Both the position numbers and the translations under genes were made by a program. A stretch of 64,000 nt of DNA from Antedon mediterranea (lineage: Eukaryota > Animalia > Echinodermata), in the NCBI RefSeq assembly GCF_964355755.1, contig NC_092677.1, positions 24,973,175 to 25,037,174 of the forward strand. The letters are read 5' to 3'. Shown in pieces: positions 50,087 through 63,369 of the stretch (positions are counted from its first letter, which is position 1; every line of letters starts with the position of its first letter). Below the pieces are notes generated by a model. That model searched no databases and was not told where the DNA came from. It was given only the letters and a program-made list of their open reading frames with translations.

Positions 50087-53000
50087 ATGGCACCTCCAAG
50101 AAAACGAGCAAGATCCTCTAGTATTCCATCTAAAGATAATTACCAAAATTGGACTGTCGATGAAGTCCATTCTTACTTGTTATCAAAAGGATTAGTTGAC
50201 GTTGCAAATTGTTTAAAACGTAATTTGCAGAATTGTTAGCCCTCTAGTCTTTTAGTTAATAGCTAGATCCGCCTAGGCCTAGCCTAGGCCTAGTTAGTAA
50301 TAGTAGGCTAGCCCAATTATTATATTTACTCACAGTGTACACTCTACGCGTCGTAGACCTACCTTACTAAGTACTAATAGTAATACTAGGCTAGCCTAGG
50401 CCTATATATTATTTAAATTAGAGTTAGGTCTAGGCATAATTCATCTTTGAATAGTTTGTCTACTACCAGTAAAAAGTGCAAAATAACCATGGAGTAAAGA
50501 ATATTACTGTATTATTATTCTTTACTCCATGAAATAACTCATCCAACTCCTAAAATTGGCCTAGCTAGGTAGGGTAGGAGGATGATCCGGGTAGGCCTAG
50601 GGCCTAGGCCTAGAACCAACAACAAACCTTACAAAAACATTTTTTTTGTCAATTTTAATAAATAAAATCAAGCATATTTTATTATTTAGGTGAAGCCATA
50701 TCGGGAGATATTTTTCACGATTTAAATGATGACCGTCTTAAAGTAATTGGCATAACGTAAGTAAACTTGGGATTTTTCAACTGTATTAAATGTTAATTAT
50801 TATATTATTCGTGAGTATAAATTTTGTTATCTACACCCATCACATTTCCCCTCTTCTGAAGTGGTGTCATGTGAAATCTGTATGATCTATTGTCAGCAGT
50901 CATTGTATTCACTCTTGTGTACTGTTTCAGGAAATTGGGCAAACGTCTTCAACTTCAGAAGATTTTAAATGAGTTAAAACACTCTGTTCTTATGACAAAT
51001 CACAACTATAAGGTAAGAATGGTCAAACCATGATGAAACCAAACCAAAATGACCAGAATTGTACTTAATTTAGATTATTTCTAAACCCATTTTATTAAGC
51101 AATCATCATAATTTAATTAAATAGTAAATATCTTAGACTTGAGGTACTTTAAATTTTAAAACTCGATTGAAATTTTCACAAGATCTTTTTTTTTTTCTTC
51201 AGATTTTTAATGATCCTATACATGGCCATATTGAGGTGCACCCTCTATGTATTAACATAATGGACACGGTACAATTTCAGAGACTGAGGCAGATCAAACA
51301 GCTAGGCTGTTGTTATTATGTCTTTCCTGGTGCCTCGCATAACCGTTTTGAGCACTCTATAGGGTAGGGACTTTTAAAGTGTAATATTCACATTGTATCT
51401 ATAGGGTGTGGACTTCTAAGTTGTAATACTATGTTCACATGGTGCATTCTACAGAGGGTAGGAACTAATAAGTTGCAACCTGTTCACATTGTACATTCTA
51501 TAGTATAACAACCCATACTATGGGTTGTTATACTATGTTCACATGGTGTATTCTATGGGTTGTAATACTTTGTTCACACTGTACAAGGTTGTACTATTAT
51601 AGGGTTGTAATACTATGTTCACACTGTACATTCTATGGGTTGTAATACTATGTTCACACTGTACATTCTATGGGTTGTAATACTTTGTTCACACTGTACA
51701 TTCTATGGGTTGTAATACTATGTTCACACTATACATTCTATGGGTTGTAATACTATGTTCACACTGTACAAGGTTGTACTATTATAGGGTTGTAATACTA
51801 TGTTCACACTGTACATTCTATGGGTTGTAATACTATGTTCACACTATACATTCTATGGGTTGTAATACTATGTTCACACTGTACAAGGTTGTACTATTAT
51901 AGGGTTGTAATACTATGTTCACACTGTACAAGGTTGTACTATTATAGGGTTGTAATACTATGTTCACACTGTACATTCTATGGGTTGATATACTATGTTC
52001 ACACTGTACATTCTATGGGTTGATATACTATGTTCACACTGTACATTCTATGGGTTGTAATACTATGTTCACACTGTACATTCTATGGGTTGTCATACTA
52101 TGTTCACACTGTACATTCTATGGGTTGTAATACTATGTTCACACTGTACATTCTATGGGTTGTAATACTATGTTCACACTGTACATTCTATAGGCTTGTA
52201 ATACCATGTTCACACAGCTTATTTTAAATAAAAATAACAGAAGAAAAATCTCCACACTTATGGAACAGGGGAAACTATAGATTGATATTATTAGAAGTGT
52301 ATGGCCAATATACATTTTTTGCCTGCACCTGGCCTTTGAAAGTTTTAGTATCGTAGTCAAGCATAGATTCTTTTTGTTACAGTGTGTCGCATCTTGCTGG
52401 TAAGTTGGCAAGAACGTTGCAACAGAGACAACCGGATCTGGATATTACACATAAAGATATCCTGTGTGTAGAGATTGCTGGGCTTTGTCATGATTTAGGT
52501 ATGTGTTTATTCAATACAGAGTTGTTGAAGAGAAGAAGAATATTTATTTGTATTCGTTTTGCAAACAATGACATTAGTGACCTCGGTCCCCGTAAGGATC
52601 TTGTTTGCAATAATGCTAGGTAATGTCTCTTAAAATTTTACATTATTTAACAGCTTAACATTATTTTTTTTTTGTAGGTCACGGTCCGTTCTCGCACATG
52701 TTTGATGGAATATTTATACCTCTTGTTGATCCAGAATCTACTTGGAAAGTAAGAAAAATTAATACTAGAATACCTAAAGTTGTATAACTCCAGAAAGAAA
52801 GAATCTGGTCTCACTACAACCCAATTCTAAAAATAATGAGCCACACTTAACCTATGAAAGAGGCGACTCAATAATATGGATATGATGATGTCATATCACT
52901 ACCATATTTGGGCATATCACTACCATATTAGGACACTGTTTTTGTCAAACTAGTTTGATAGTGTAGACAGATCTTTAAACGTTATTGTTTATTCCTTCCA

Positions 53001-56000
53001 AAAGCAACCAGTGTTTTCTATGATTTTTTGGATAATTTTTCAGCACGAGAAGGCGTCTGTAGATATGTTTGATTATCTTCTCCGTGAAAACAATTTAAAG
53101 GAGAAGTTTCGTGAGTATGAATTGGATGACACGGATATCACGTTCATCAAGGAGCAAATATATGGGCCGTTAGAAAAGGAGGTAAGTTTTGATTTGAAGT
53201 TAGAATTTCGAAAATATGAGAAATGAGTTTCTTCTGTAGACAATATTTTTTTAAATCCTAAAACTTTTATTGTCTGTTTGGTTCCCAGGACAAGAATAAG
53301 AAGTATAAAGGGCGACCTGAAAAAAAGAAATTCTTGTACGAGATAGTTGCTAATAAACGCAATGGCATAGACGTAGATAAGTGGGACTACTTCGCACGCG
53401 ATTGCCACATGCTAGGGATAGCAAACAGCTTTGATTACAATCGATTCATGAAGTTCGCTAAAGTCATGGAAGTTGATGGAGAGTATCAAATATGCACACG
53501 AGACAAAGTAAGATTTTCAACAATTTATTTTATTGTACAAGTTTTACAATTGTATGGTATCAGATGTACAGGACATAATAATTTTTGCAACCGAAAAAAC
53601 TCGTTCACCAAAAAGGTGTTCTTCCACAAGGCCGTATAACATTGTAACACAAAGTATTGTTATAAAAAAATAGATCCAGGTTAAAATAAAAAATAAATTT
53701 AAAAAAAATATAAACAAAACAGCCATTCAATACATAATTCAGTTTTTCATCATAGCAATAGTTTTATTCAAACCATTTTAATATGATTATTTTAAATTTT
53801 GTAGGTTGGTCAACAACCCTGTTCTGAGTTGACCAACTAGCAAAGGTCTTTCCTTGCCTTTTACATTTGTTTTGTCTTCTTTGTATTGTACAGTATATGG
53901 CAGAAAATTGAATAAAAAATAAGCAATAAACCGTGCATAAATTACATTTCTATTGTTCTTCAGGAAGTAGGTAATTTGTACGATATGTTCCACACCAGGA
54001 ATAGCCTTCACAGACGTGCCTATCAGCACAAAGTAAACAAGATCATTGAAACCATGTAAGCATACATACAACACAATCATTTTTGTTTATACAAGGTTAA
54101 TAATCTTGTACATTTCCATATGCAGTTAGAGGAAAAATGGCAAAATCAGCACTGTGGTCGTGTTACAAGAGTAGTCAAAACATTATAGATTTCCTGATAA
54201 AAATGCTAGAAAGTGGGAACAATTTTGCCATTTTTCCCCTGACTGTATGGATATTGCAAACACATTGTGTTCTTTCAAGTCGTAAGTATATATGCTATTT
54301 TTAGAATAAAAATATTGGTTATACTACTGTATATTCTAATGGAAAAAAAAACCTTCTTTGATTTTGGTTAAAATGTAGTGGAAATTTAAGTTGATGAACA
54401 TACAGTAATAACATTTTTAAAATTCAACAATTTTTTTTTTCAATTTAGGATTGTCGAGGCGTTAGTTCTTGCCAATGACCATCTACTTATAACGGGAACA
54501 AATAAAAGGTAAAAGAACCTTTTTATGATAATGTGTTGGTGAGATTGTCGTGTGGACAGAGTATTGTTGTGTGGACAGATAAGAGTATTGTCGTGTGGAC
54601 AGAGTATTGTTGTGTAGACAGAGTATTGGTGTATAGACAGAGTATTGGTGTGTAGACAGATAAGAGTGTTGTCGTGTGGACAGAGTGTTGTTGTTTGGAC
54701 AGAGTATAGTGGTGTGGACAGAGGATTGTTGTGTGGACAGAGTGTTGTGGTGACTGGGTGTGAAAGCTAGTGTATTGTGTGGACAGTGTGTTCTTGAGTG
54801 TTCTTTAATAGTAATACTAATCCTCAAACTATTTCGACAAAAAAAGTGTGATGTGCCCAAATATGGTAGTGATATGCTTAAATATGGTAGTGAGATGCTT
54901 AATTAAATATGGTAGTGATATGACATCATCATGTCCATATATGGGCACCTTTTTGTCACGTAAAGTTTGATTGAGCTTAATAGTTACTTAAACATTTCAG
55001 GAAGCTTAAAATGTCGGAAGCAATCCATGACATGGCAGCCTACGTGAAGATGACCGATAATATATTATACGAAATCTTAAATACGTCTGATGAGAAGCTG
55101 TTTCCTGCTCGCAATATCATAGCCAATGTAATGTCCAGGAAGCTGTATAGATGTATTGGTCAAACTAGCCCTAAGGACAATGACCCAATACCACGGGTAA
55201 GTTGTAATTTGTTTTCAAGCCACATGCTGACCACGTTGAAACACCGGTTCTCGTCAGGTCACCGAAGTTAAGCAACGTTGGGCCTTCGTTAGAGCTTGGA
55301 TGGAAGACCATCGGGTAATATGACGTATAATATATGGAGCTGGGGTCCCGTTAGGCATTTGAAATCAGCACTGCTGACTCTTATGGCAGCCCCAACATCT
55401 AGTATCTGCCTCAGACATTGCCTTTCCTCTGGTGAAGACAGTCACTAGACTAGAGAAGCCCTTGATCAATATTAGGACCAATCAAGGTGCTCTAAACAGT
55501 CCTGGCTTAGTCATCATTCAGATGAATGCAAGACTAAAATGACACTGTCGTTCGCGACAGACGTCATATGCATAGTCTATTAAGACTGACGCAGGCCAAC
55601 AAAAAAAAAATTTAATTTAATTTGAAGCCCAAACCAGCAGCAATTTTCAGTAACAGGAGGGTTAACATACAAATAGAGAATGGATATAAATACAATGAAC
55701 AAAGGCTGTATAATAAAAATGATAATAAAAAATGAGAATACATACATTTAAAATGAAGACAATTATTTTGGTTTTCTTTAAGGCACATATTCCGAAGATG
55801 ATGAATGAGATATTAGGGTTTCAGCAAGACGGAACGAAACAGCTGAATAATTCTGACCTAATCATACATGTAAGTTATTTAATCCAGGAAAAAAATTACT
55901 AGGAGTGTGTCCACATATGTGCGTTTTTCAGACTTGAGTTTTCTGACATTGGAATACTTATGGTCAGTGAATGTGGAGAATAACCTGTGACAGGGTTCTG

Positions 56001-57178
56001 AGCTGAATTGCATGGATCACATCGCATACAACAATTTCTAACTTTAAAAGGTCACTTTGTGTTGTACAGCTGCCACCAAAACGTCTGTCCAAAACGATTG
56101 GGGCTGAGAATGCCTAGTACAGCGGGGTAACCCCAGCAGGTTACTAAAGAAACTTTTTTATAATACGCAATATTTATTATTATTTTTATAGGTGGTTGAC
56201 TTGAATTATGGAATGGGAAGTGACAATCCGATTGACTTTGTCAGATTTTATTCCAAACATGATCCTGAGCAGGCGACCATGGTCCGCAAAAGTGAGGTAC
56301 TGTAAAATATATTTTTAAAACTTTAATGTGGAAATTTACTCTATCAGCGCCAACTGAAAAAACACTCCAGAAATCGTGTTATATTGGACGTATTTTAATT
56401 CCTTTTCAGGTGTCCCACATGCTACCGGAGAAATTTTCTGAGCAACAAATCCGAGTATATTGTAAATTACGAGACGACGACGAAAGCCTACAAAATGCAG
56501 TAAGCTGCTTTGTACAGTGGTGTGATAGTAAGCAGTACAAACCAAAGGTAGTGTGTTATTAGTAATTACTTTTTATCATAACATACAATATTCACCAACT
56601 ATCCTAAGTCCTGTTCAAATTGTTCTTCAGTATTCCGGCCGATTATCGGTACTGACATTTCACAGGAATATTAGGTAATACAACATCACATGTGTTTCAC
56701 ATGTATCTAGTAGTAACCTAACCCTTAACCTAACCTTACATGATACAGGCACCACATGTGATACAAATGAGATACTGTATAAAGCTGCTCCTGTCTACAC
56801 TATCAAACTAGTTTGATATAAAAAGTGTGATGTGCCCAAATATGGTAGTGATATGCCCAAATATGGTAGTGATATGACATCATCATGTCATATATGGGCA
56901 CATCACATTTTTTTGTCGCATAAAGTTTGATAGTGTAGACAGAGTTTTACCAAATATTGCTATGATACTTTGGAAATAGATAGTATGTTTAGATACAGCA
57001 CTGGGAATTGGATGAGTATTCACAAATATATTCAGATAAATTTAGTTTTATGATTATTTATGAATGTTTTTTGTTTATTTTTCAGGTTGGAAAAGGAGAT
57101 CCGGAGATTACGCCATTCAAAAAACCAAACCAACCAGAAGAAAAACAAGGCCGGAGCAGAACCAGACTTTTTCTGTAG
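50087..57178 (+). CDS. SAMHD1: dNTP triphosphohydrolase SAMHD1, 15 coding exons
   Basis: Exons: 50087-50219, 50690-50756, 50931-51012, 51203-51363, 52383-52498, 52678-52748, 53044-53181, 53289-53507, 53964-54055, 54449-54508, 55001-55196, 55783-55869, 56192-56296, 56411-56547, 57086-57178. SAM domain (NWTVDEV...), [50 protein letters not shown]. Confidence 0.95.
51355..52215. repeat. Intronic minisatellite, 35-bp unit with 45-bp variants
   Basis: (GGGTTGTAATACTATGTTCACACTGTACATTCTAT)n, about 20 units. Confidence 0.9.
54547..54790. repeat. ~19-bp minisatellite (GTGGACAGAGTATTGTTGT)n
   Basis: Degenerate tandem units in SAMHD1 intron 10. Confidence 0.85.
55219..55610 (+). mobile_element. 5S rRNA-derived SINE (SINE3-like) candidate
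   Basis: Head ACCACGTTGAAACACCGGTTCTCGTCAGGTCACCGAAGTTAAGCAACG...GCTTGGATGGAAGACC resembles 5S rRNA, including the A- and C-box regions. It is followed by a ~290-nt unrelated body and an A10 tail. Confidence 0.7.
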
Positions 57179-59029
57179 GAAAAAATTCAGGCCTGGTCTG
57201 TGTGTCTCTGTCTACACTATCAAACTAGTTTGACAAAAAAGTGTAATGTGCCCAAATATGGTAGTGATATGCCCAAATATGGTAGTGATATGCCCAAATA
57301 TGGTAGTGATGTACCCATATTATATGGGTGCATCACATTTTTGTTGTCACATAAAGTTTGATAGTGTAGACAGCTTTACATTTTCCCTTTGTTTTCTGCT
57401 GTATCACTGTGCATGTAGCAATGTTGTGGTGCATGTTATTTGCAATAATCTCCAAACTTTTATTTGTACTTTGTTTTTATCAAGTCTCGTTTTTAACATT
57501 TTTTTTCTAAAAAACTTAAAGTTGTAATCATGGGTGATTAACTATTTTTTAAAAAGTGTTGTCAAATAATTTTAATAAAACAAATGTACCAATTGTTGGT
57601 ATCTGGTTGGAAAAAATATTTAAGGTGAATTAATATTTTAAAGGTTTTCCAAATTGGTAATATGTGTGCTTTTCTTTTTCGAATTTCCATAATCATGTAT
57701 TTTCATGATTAAAGTAGAAATTTACAAATGTTTTTGTATGGGGAACACAATAAGCATTCCATTTTTATATATGATAAATAATACTGAATTTTGATTGGTC
57801 TCGTTTATGTTATAGCATCACCTGTTTATGTTAAGTCGCAGCTGCTGTATAAATATATATACACACATACATGAATTTGTTTGGGTGTAGGGTGCATGTG
57901 TCATGTTTTGTTATATCAAGCATGGTGGAAATGAGTTGTCTCCATGTATAAGTGACAATACCACCTACACATATATTATACCACCTATGTTCAATGTGAG
58001 CAGTTTGGGTGTAAGGTGCATGTATGGTGCTATATGCAAATCGCTGCACAGATATGTTATTCACTGCATGCTCTCATGAAATTTTATATATAGGAAGTAT
58101 AGTGCGATGATCACAAGTAGTTAGTATTAATAATTAGTATTATCATTACCATATTGGCAATGTATGTGGGTGATAAGATTTTATTTTATACTATATATTT
58201 TAATACAAGTTTTCTTGGTAAATTATCGTTTTTATTTGTTATTTCATTCCTTTTATGGATTGTTATAAAGTAGAATTTTGATAAGCTAATATATTTTATT
58301 GTGAAAGATGTATTGTTATTTAATAGTAAATGTCTATTCTTATGCATGAAAACGTGTATGGACTATTTTGTTATATACAGCATAAGATTTCAAACACATT
58401 AAACAAAAGAGTTCAGTTATCAAACACCTAATTGTGCGATAAGGCTGTTAAAAAACGCGATATCAGGGTTCTGATGTGTTTTATATAGGCCTATTTTGTT
58501 TCATATTTCAATAAATCATGTAAAGTGCTATTTCTGTGGTCATAGCAGCTCTATTTTACAAAGTGTTCTTAGGTCAGCCACAGGGGGGGGGGGGGGGGCG
58601 TTGGTCATGGGGTTAGTTCCACATTTACAATTTTACCACCACGCTGCCTAAACACAAAATCAATATAGGTATTATTTCCCACTATACAATAACACTGTAG
58701 GCATATTCATAATAGTCTTAAAGATAAAATGTATCTTTATTACGTCAAAGTTCAAAACGACGGGAAGTAAAAAATGTAATTTCAGTTTCAGTTTCAGTTT
58801 CAGTTTATTTTCCATTTCAATTTATGAACATAAAATAAACAACTTATATGGATGGATAACCGTATCGTTTCCTTATTGTTTCCTGTTAATGTTTTGATGC
58901 GAGAATTGTAGCCCCAAATGGTATTACAGTATTTTGTTTTTTACCTTTTCAGTTTTTTTTCACCTTTTCAGTTTTTTTCATACTATTCCCAGATACTACC
59001 TACTTATACCATAGTTTATTCGATTGTCG

Positions 59030-59131
59030 AGTCGAGAGAAAACTGACCAATGTCATCGAGAGAAGACTGACCAATGCCATCGAGAGAAGACTGACCAATG
59101 CCATCGATAGAAGACTGACAAATGCCATCGA
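59030..59131. repeat. 24-bp tandem repeat
   Basis: (GAGAGAAGACTGACCAATGCCATC) x4. Confidence 0.8.
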
Positions 59132-59439
59132 AGGTACATCTTTGCTATCAAAACAATTAAAGCACCTCTTATGATATGCCGTCCGTCGATGTATAAAAAG
59201 AGAGGACATGTAGCCATTGAACAGATTGGCATGAAGCAGGATGGGTGCTCGAAAAGTAAGTATTAGCAGGGAAGAGTTAAATTACAATAATTTAACTCTT
59301 CCCTGGTACAGTATTAGTATACATTTATTTAGACTGTACAAGGGATTTCTTCTTCTTAACGTTTTCCGTCTTCCGACATTACGCTTTCCACAATTTGTTT
59401 CCAATGTTGTATGTTTATGGCAGGATGGTTTGTTATTGT

Positions 59440-59801
59440 GTTAGTTTCTACATGTCCTTTTAAGTCTTTCTTTATTTAGTTCATCCAGTTATTGCTTGGT
59501 CTTCCAACTTTCCTGTTAGTTTCCTTCATTGTTTGATTGGGGTATCATCCGGTAATATAATTATGTGTCCATACAATTTTAGTCTCCTTCATTTAATGCT
59601 TTTACTCCATTCTTCTTGGTTTTTTTTCTTGTATATTTTCATGTTACACACTCTTTCTGTTAATTTAATATTTATCATCTTTCGCAACATTTTCCTGTGA
59701 TATATATCTATACTCTCTTGTAATTCTTTGTTTAGTACCCAGAGTCCACTGTTATATAGGAAAATACTTGCTATGTATGCGTCAAACAAGCGGCATTTCA
59801 C
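59440..59801 (-). mobile_element. LINE (RTE-like) RT C-terminal fragment
   Basis: RLFDAYIASIFLYNSGLWVL...IDIYHRKMLRKMINIK. Confidence 0.65.
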
Positions 59802-59819
59802 GTAGTATAGATTGATTGA

Positions 59820-60124
59820 AATATATATTTATACTGGGTAACCTCTTCAGTCAAAGACTGGTCTCTCAGAGGGCCCAGTTGGTGATCAGTGGCTATGATG
59901 TACTAATACACCGGGGTAACCCCCTACTCGTCTCGAAAGATGTACTAGGTTCTTTAAAGTGCACACGAGCTAGATGTGTACACTGGACCTACGGTTTATA
60001 GTCCTTATCCGAGAAGACTCGTTCTACCACCAGAACCATGGAGTGAGTGACCCTCGAACCCCTGCCGATGTTATGGCTACGTAATTACGGTTCCACTGTC
60101 TTAACCGCTTGGCCACTCACTCAC
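59820..60124 (-). mobile_element. tRNA-derived Deu-domain SINE
   Basis: Minus strand: A-box TGGCCAAGCGG, B-box-like GGTTCGAGGG, and GTCTTCTCGGATAAGGACTATAAACCGTAGGTCC resembling the Deu domain. Confidence 0.7.
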
Positions 60125-60744
60125 AGTATAGACATAGTTTTGTGTTCTAGCGACGACTTGAGCTTGTAATATGCCATAGCTGCTAGTGATTTTTGTTTTG
60201 TTTTTTTTTACAAGGGATTGACTGGACGAATTGTAAAGTTAGTTTATTGAATTTGCAGAGAGGTGGTCCCTTGTTTTTAACTGTTGTTTTTGCCAGAGGC
60301 AATGAATGAGTTTTTATAAAGTTTGTTTTGGTTAGTTCGGGCAAACTGTTATACGCAACAAATATCCACATATTATTCTCGCAAATAATAGTGCTGCCTT
60401 TAGATTGTATTGTGATTGACAAGAAAGAAACGTAACCAATCTGGGAAATGAAAAAACCCACACTACTAATTTGTTCTTCTTGGTATGCCACGTATTGAAT
60501 TGAAGTGTGATTGGTAAATATTATTTATATAATTCTTTTATAAAATATCACCGATCTGGAATTTGGATCAGCAAGCTGAGATTAGCTTAAAGAAATCGCA
60601 ACAATGTGATTGGCGGAAACAAAATTAAACTCACATTTTATTGGTGAACAAGTGACCGATGGTTGTTACAAATATAATATTTCTTGTTATTATCATGACA
60701 AACCTACACAATCTAGGCCTAGAAACGCACGATATTGTTATAAA

Positions 60745-61600
60745 ATGAGTAGGCCTAGTCGCAGTAAAACTATTGGCTTAATTGCTCGTGATGCTCATGT
60801 GCTTTTAAAGGGGGGCCGGGAGAGAGCGATGGTGTAATGGAACGGCACATAGAACAAATATCTGTAGGATACACTAATTATGATCGTGTAAACACAATTG
60901 ATTTTAAGGATACCAAAAATCAAGCGGCATATATGTATAAATATTTTTCAGCTATATGTTTTTCGGTCCAATTTGGACTTGAAAATTGCAAATTTTCTTC
61001 AGAAACTGCTGATTGGCATCAACCAAACGAACAACCGTTAGAGCTAAATGTTTGTTCCATTGGAGGAGGTCCGGGAACTAATATACTCGGATTTTGTAAG
61101 TACATGCAAGACAACTCACGGCGAAAATTCGTTCTTAAAGCAACGGCTATTGTTAAACACCGTGAATGGGAGACATCATGGAAAGCCATTGAGAACCAAC
61201 TGACCGAAGAAGAAGCTGGTTCGATCGAAACATTGGAGTACATTCAATATGATATCAACGAAACCGCGACAGCTGACGTGGCAAGACATGTCTCAGAAGC
61301 GAATGTTATACTGCTGTTCAAGTTTGTAAGTGAATTTATTCGTGAGAACAATTTCGATCAAAACCTGACAACTCTGCTCAGAATGCGTACTTGATCTATG
61401 GAGACAACAACATAACTTTGGTTTCTGATCCTTTTGAAAAGATTGCCAGAGCTGCCGGATTTAAACGCTTGTCGCGGGCCGAAACGAGTGGCGCCTTTGA
61501 AATTCGAGGTTACCCAACACTGAAGAATACATTGAAGTATGATGGCCAACATCCACAAAAGAGGTCACAAATGTCTTTTATGCTTTGGATAAAAAAATAA
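60745..61600 (+). pseudogene. Intronless class I SAM-methyltransferase-like gene with two frameshifts
   Basis: Three overlapping ORF pieces (ATG 60745; 60837-61394; 61391-61600), each offset by -1. Motifs IDFKD...AAYMYKYF and the Gly-rich motif I VCSIGGGPG. Confidence 0.6.
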
Positions 61601-62853
61601 TGAATTAATGAAATGTTTATATTGATACCGTACTATATTCTTTAAAAAAAATTAAGAATTTGTATGGCGAATATAAAATGTTTACATTTTTCAATTTATA
61701 AGTAAATTCAATAATAAAACATAACTGTTCAAACTAACCACAATTCTATAAATAATTATGTTATAGTCATTAGCCATTAATATATATCTTTTGCCTAGTT
61801 GAAGCCTCCTGAACACAATTCGGGTTTGTCACTTTTTCTAGTTATTTTTAGATGTGCACATTTAAAGTTTTTTGTTACTATGACATAGTACATGTATTAT
61901 TCTTTATGTACTGTAGTTTTGGGTCATTCCAAAAAATGTAATAATACAATTAATATACGGTGAAACTTGGGTTGTAAATTTGAATTAGAAAGTCTAAAGG
62001 CTAAGTGTTATTAAATACTATAAACACAGACAGTATCCATGTTTTTCTTTTATTGATTTTTCTATTGCTCGTAGATCTACAATACAACATCATGATATGG
62101 GATGTAAGGGCGAAAGTAACATTTTTATTATGATTTAACAAACACAAATAACTCTTATAACTCATTTGATGTTACATGACCCATTTGTCTATATTCAATT
62201 AAACAATATACAGTACACACAGGTCATATGCATAGAAGCATACACTCAATTTTTGCACGCGTAATTTTAACGGTGACGTTTCTTCGAGTTTTCGGTCCGA
62301 CAGAGGTCGTTATTTTTCTCTAAAGCGAATATTCTACCCTGGTATTTGAGTTTATAAGCGCAGCGCTGTTAAAGACTTGTCAAACTTAAACCTGATAGAT
62401 CTCCTCCGTAATGCTTCTCAAAATTCGTCGGGCACTGAAGTGCAACTGGGTTAACTGATATCTTCAGAAAATTGCCGAAACAGCCAATTTTGAATTCCAA
62501 AAAGAACTGTTAAAGGACAACAACAACAAATGATGACAACAAATCCAGTATAGGCCTATTCAAATGTATTTAACCGAAACTAAATCAATAATTTTGAAAT
62601 ACATTCTACGATTTGCATAAAATTGATCAATTATTAGTATCCGGAAGAAAGACATTTAATATGAATCATCTACATCTTTATACAGATTCCATAATGGGAA
62701 CTATTCAAACTAACCGATCTGAGATTTCGTCATTTCCGTGAGGGTATATATTCCGATTGGTTTCGGATAACATGCTGAACTTTCGAGAGGAAATAAAACG
62801 ACGAATACAATCATTCTCAAAAGTAAAGAGACCAACAGAAGCTGTGTTTAAAA

Positions 62854-62989
62854 ATGTCTCCACCAGCAAAACGGTCAAAGACCGCTTCTGAATCTGATTT
62901 GCCGTATAACTACAAGGAATGGACTGTCGACAACGTCTATACCTATTTGTCAAAGAAAGGATTGGAAGATGAAGCAGAGTGCTTGAAAA
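62854..62989 (+). CDS. Exon 1 of a second SAMHD1-like paralogue (remainder not seen in window)
   Basis: MSPPAKRSKTASESDLPYNYKEWTVDNVYTYLSKKGLEDEAECLK followed by a phase-1 GTAAGT donor. It aligns to exon 1 of the gene at 50087 ([44 protein letters not shown], also phase 1). Confidence 0.8.
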
Positions 62990-63369
62990 GTAAGTATTAA
63001 GAAACCTATGTTTTTGACAGTCCTTTTTCACATTTTTTTTGACATAAAAGAAAGTTGAACAATAATGGACAATAATAATTATTTAATTTATAATTTATAG
63101 GTTTGTTTGTTTTATAATATATTTCTTAATAAATAATTAGTTAAGTATAAAAATCATGTTTGGAACAAACTATAACTACAGTAGGCCTACGGAGAGGCGG
63201 GTGGCATTTGATCTTTCCACGCACCGGCAATTATTGCATTCTCTCCCAAAACTGTTTCTATTATGTGTTGGATATCCTTATGATTTTGGGCAGAAAAATC
63301 TCCTTCCTATCACAAACAAAGGAAGATTTGCTTAGATTTTTGATACAAAAATAAACGTCACGCACTAAC

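Noticed and set aside
55219-55320. Functional 5S rRNA gene
   Set aside because: Ends diverged, internal substitutions, no oligo-T terminator, and it continues into a body with a poly-A end.
56714-56736. Telomere-like TAACC(C) repeats
   Set aside because: Only about four irregular units inside an intron; too short to interpret.
62705-63031. 108-aa minus-strand ORF
   Set aside because: No recognisable domain; it is antisense to the SAMHD1-paralogue exon 1.
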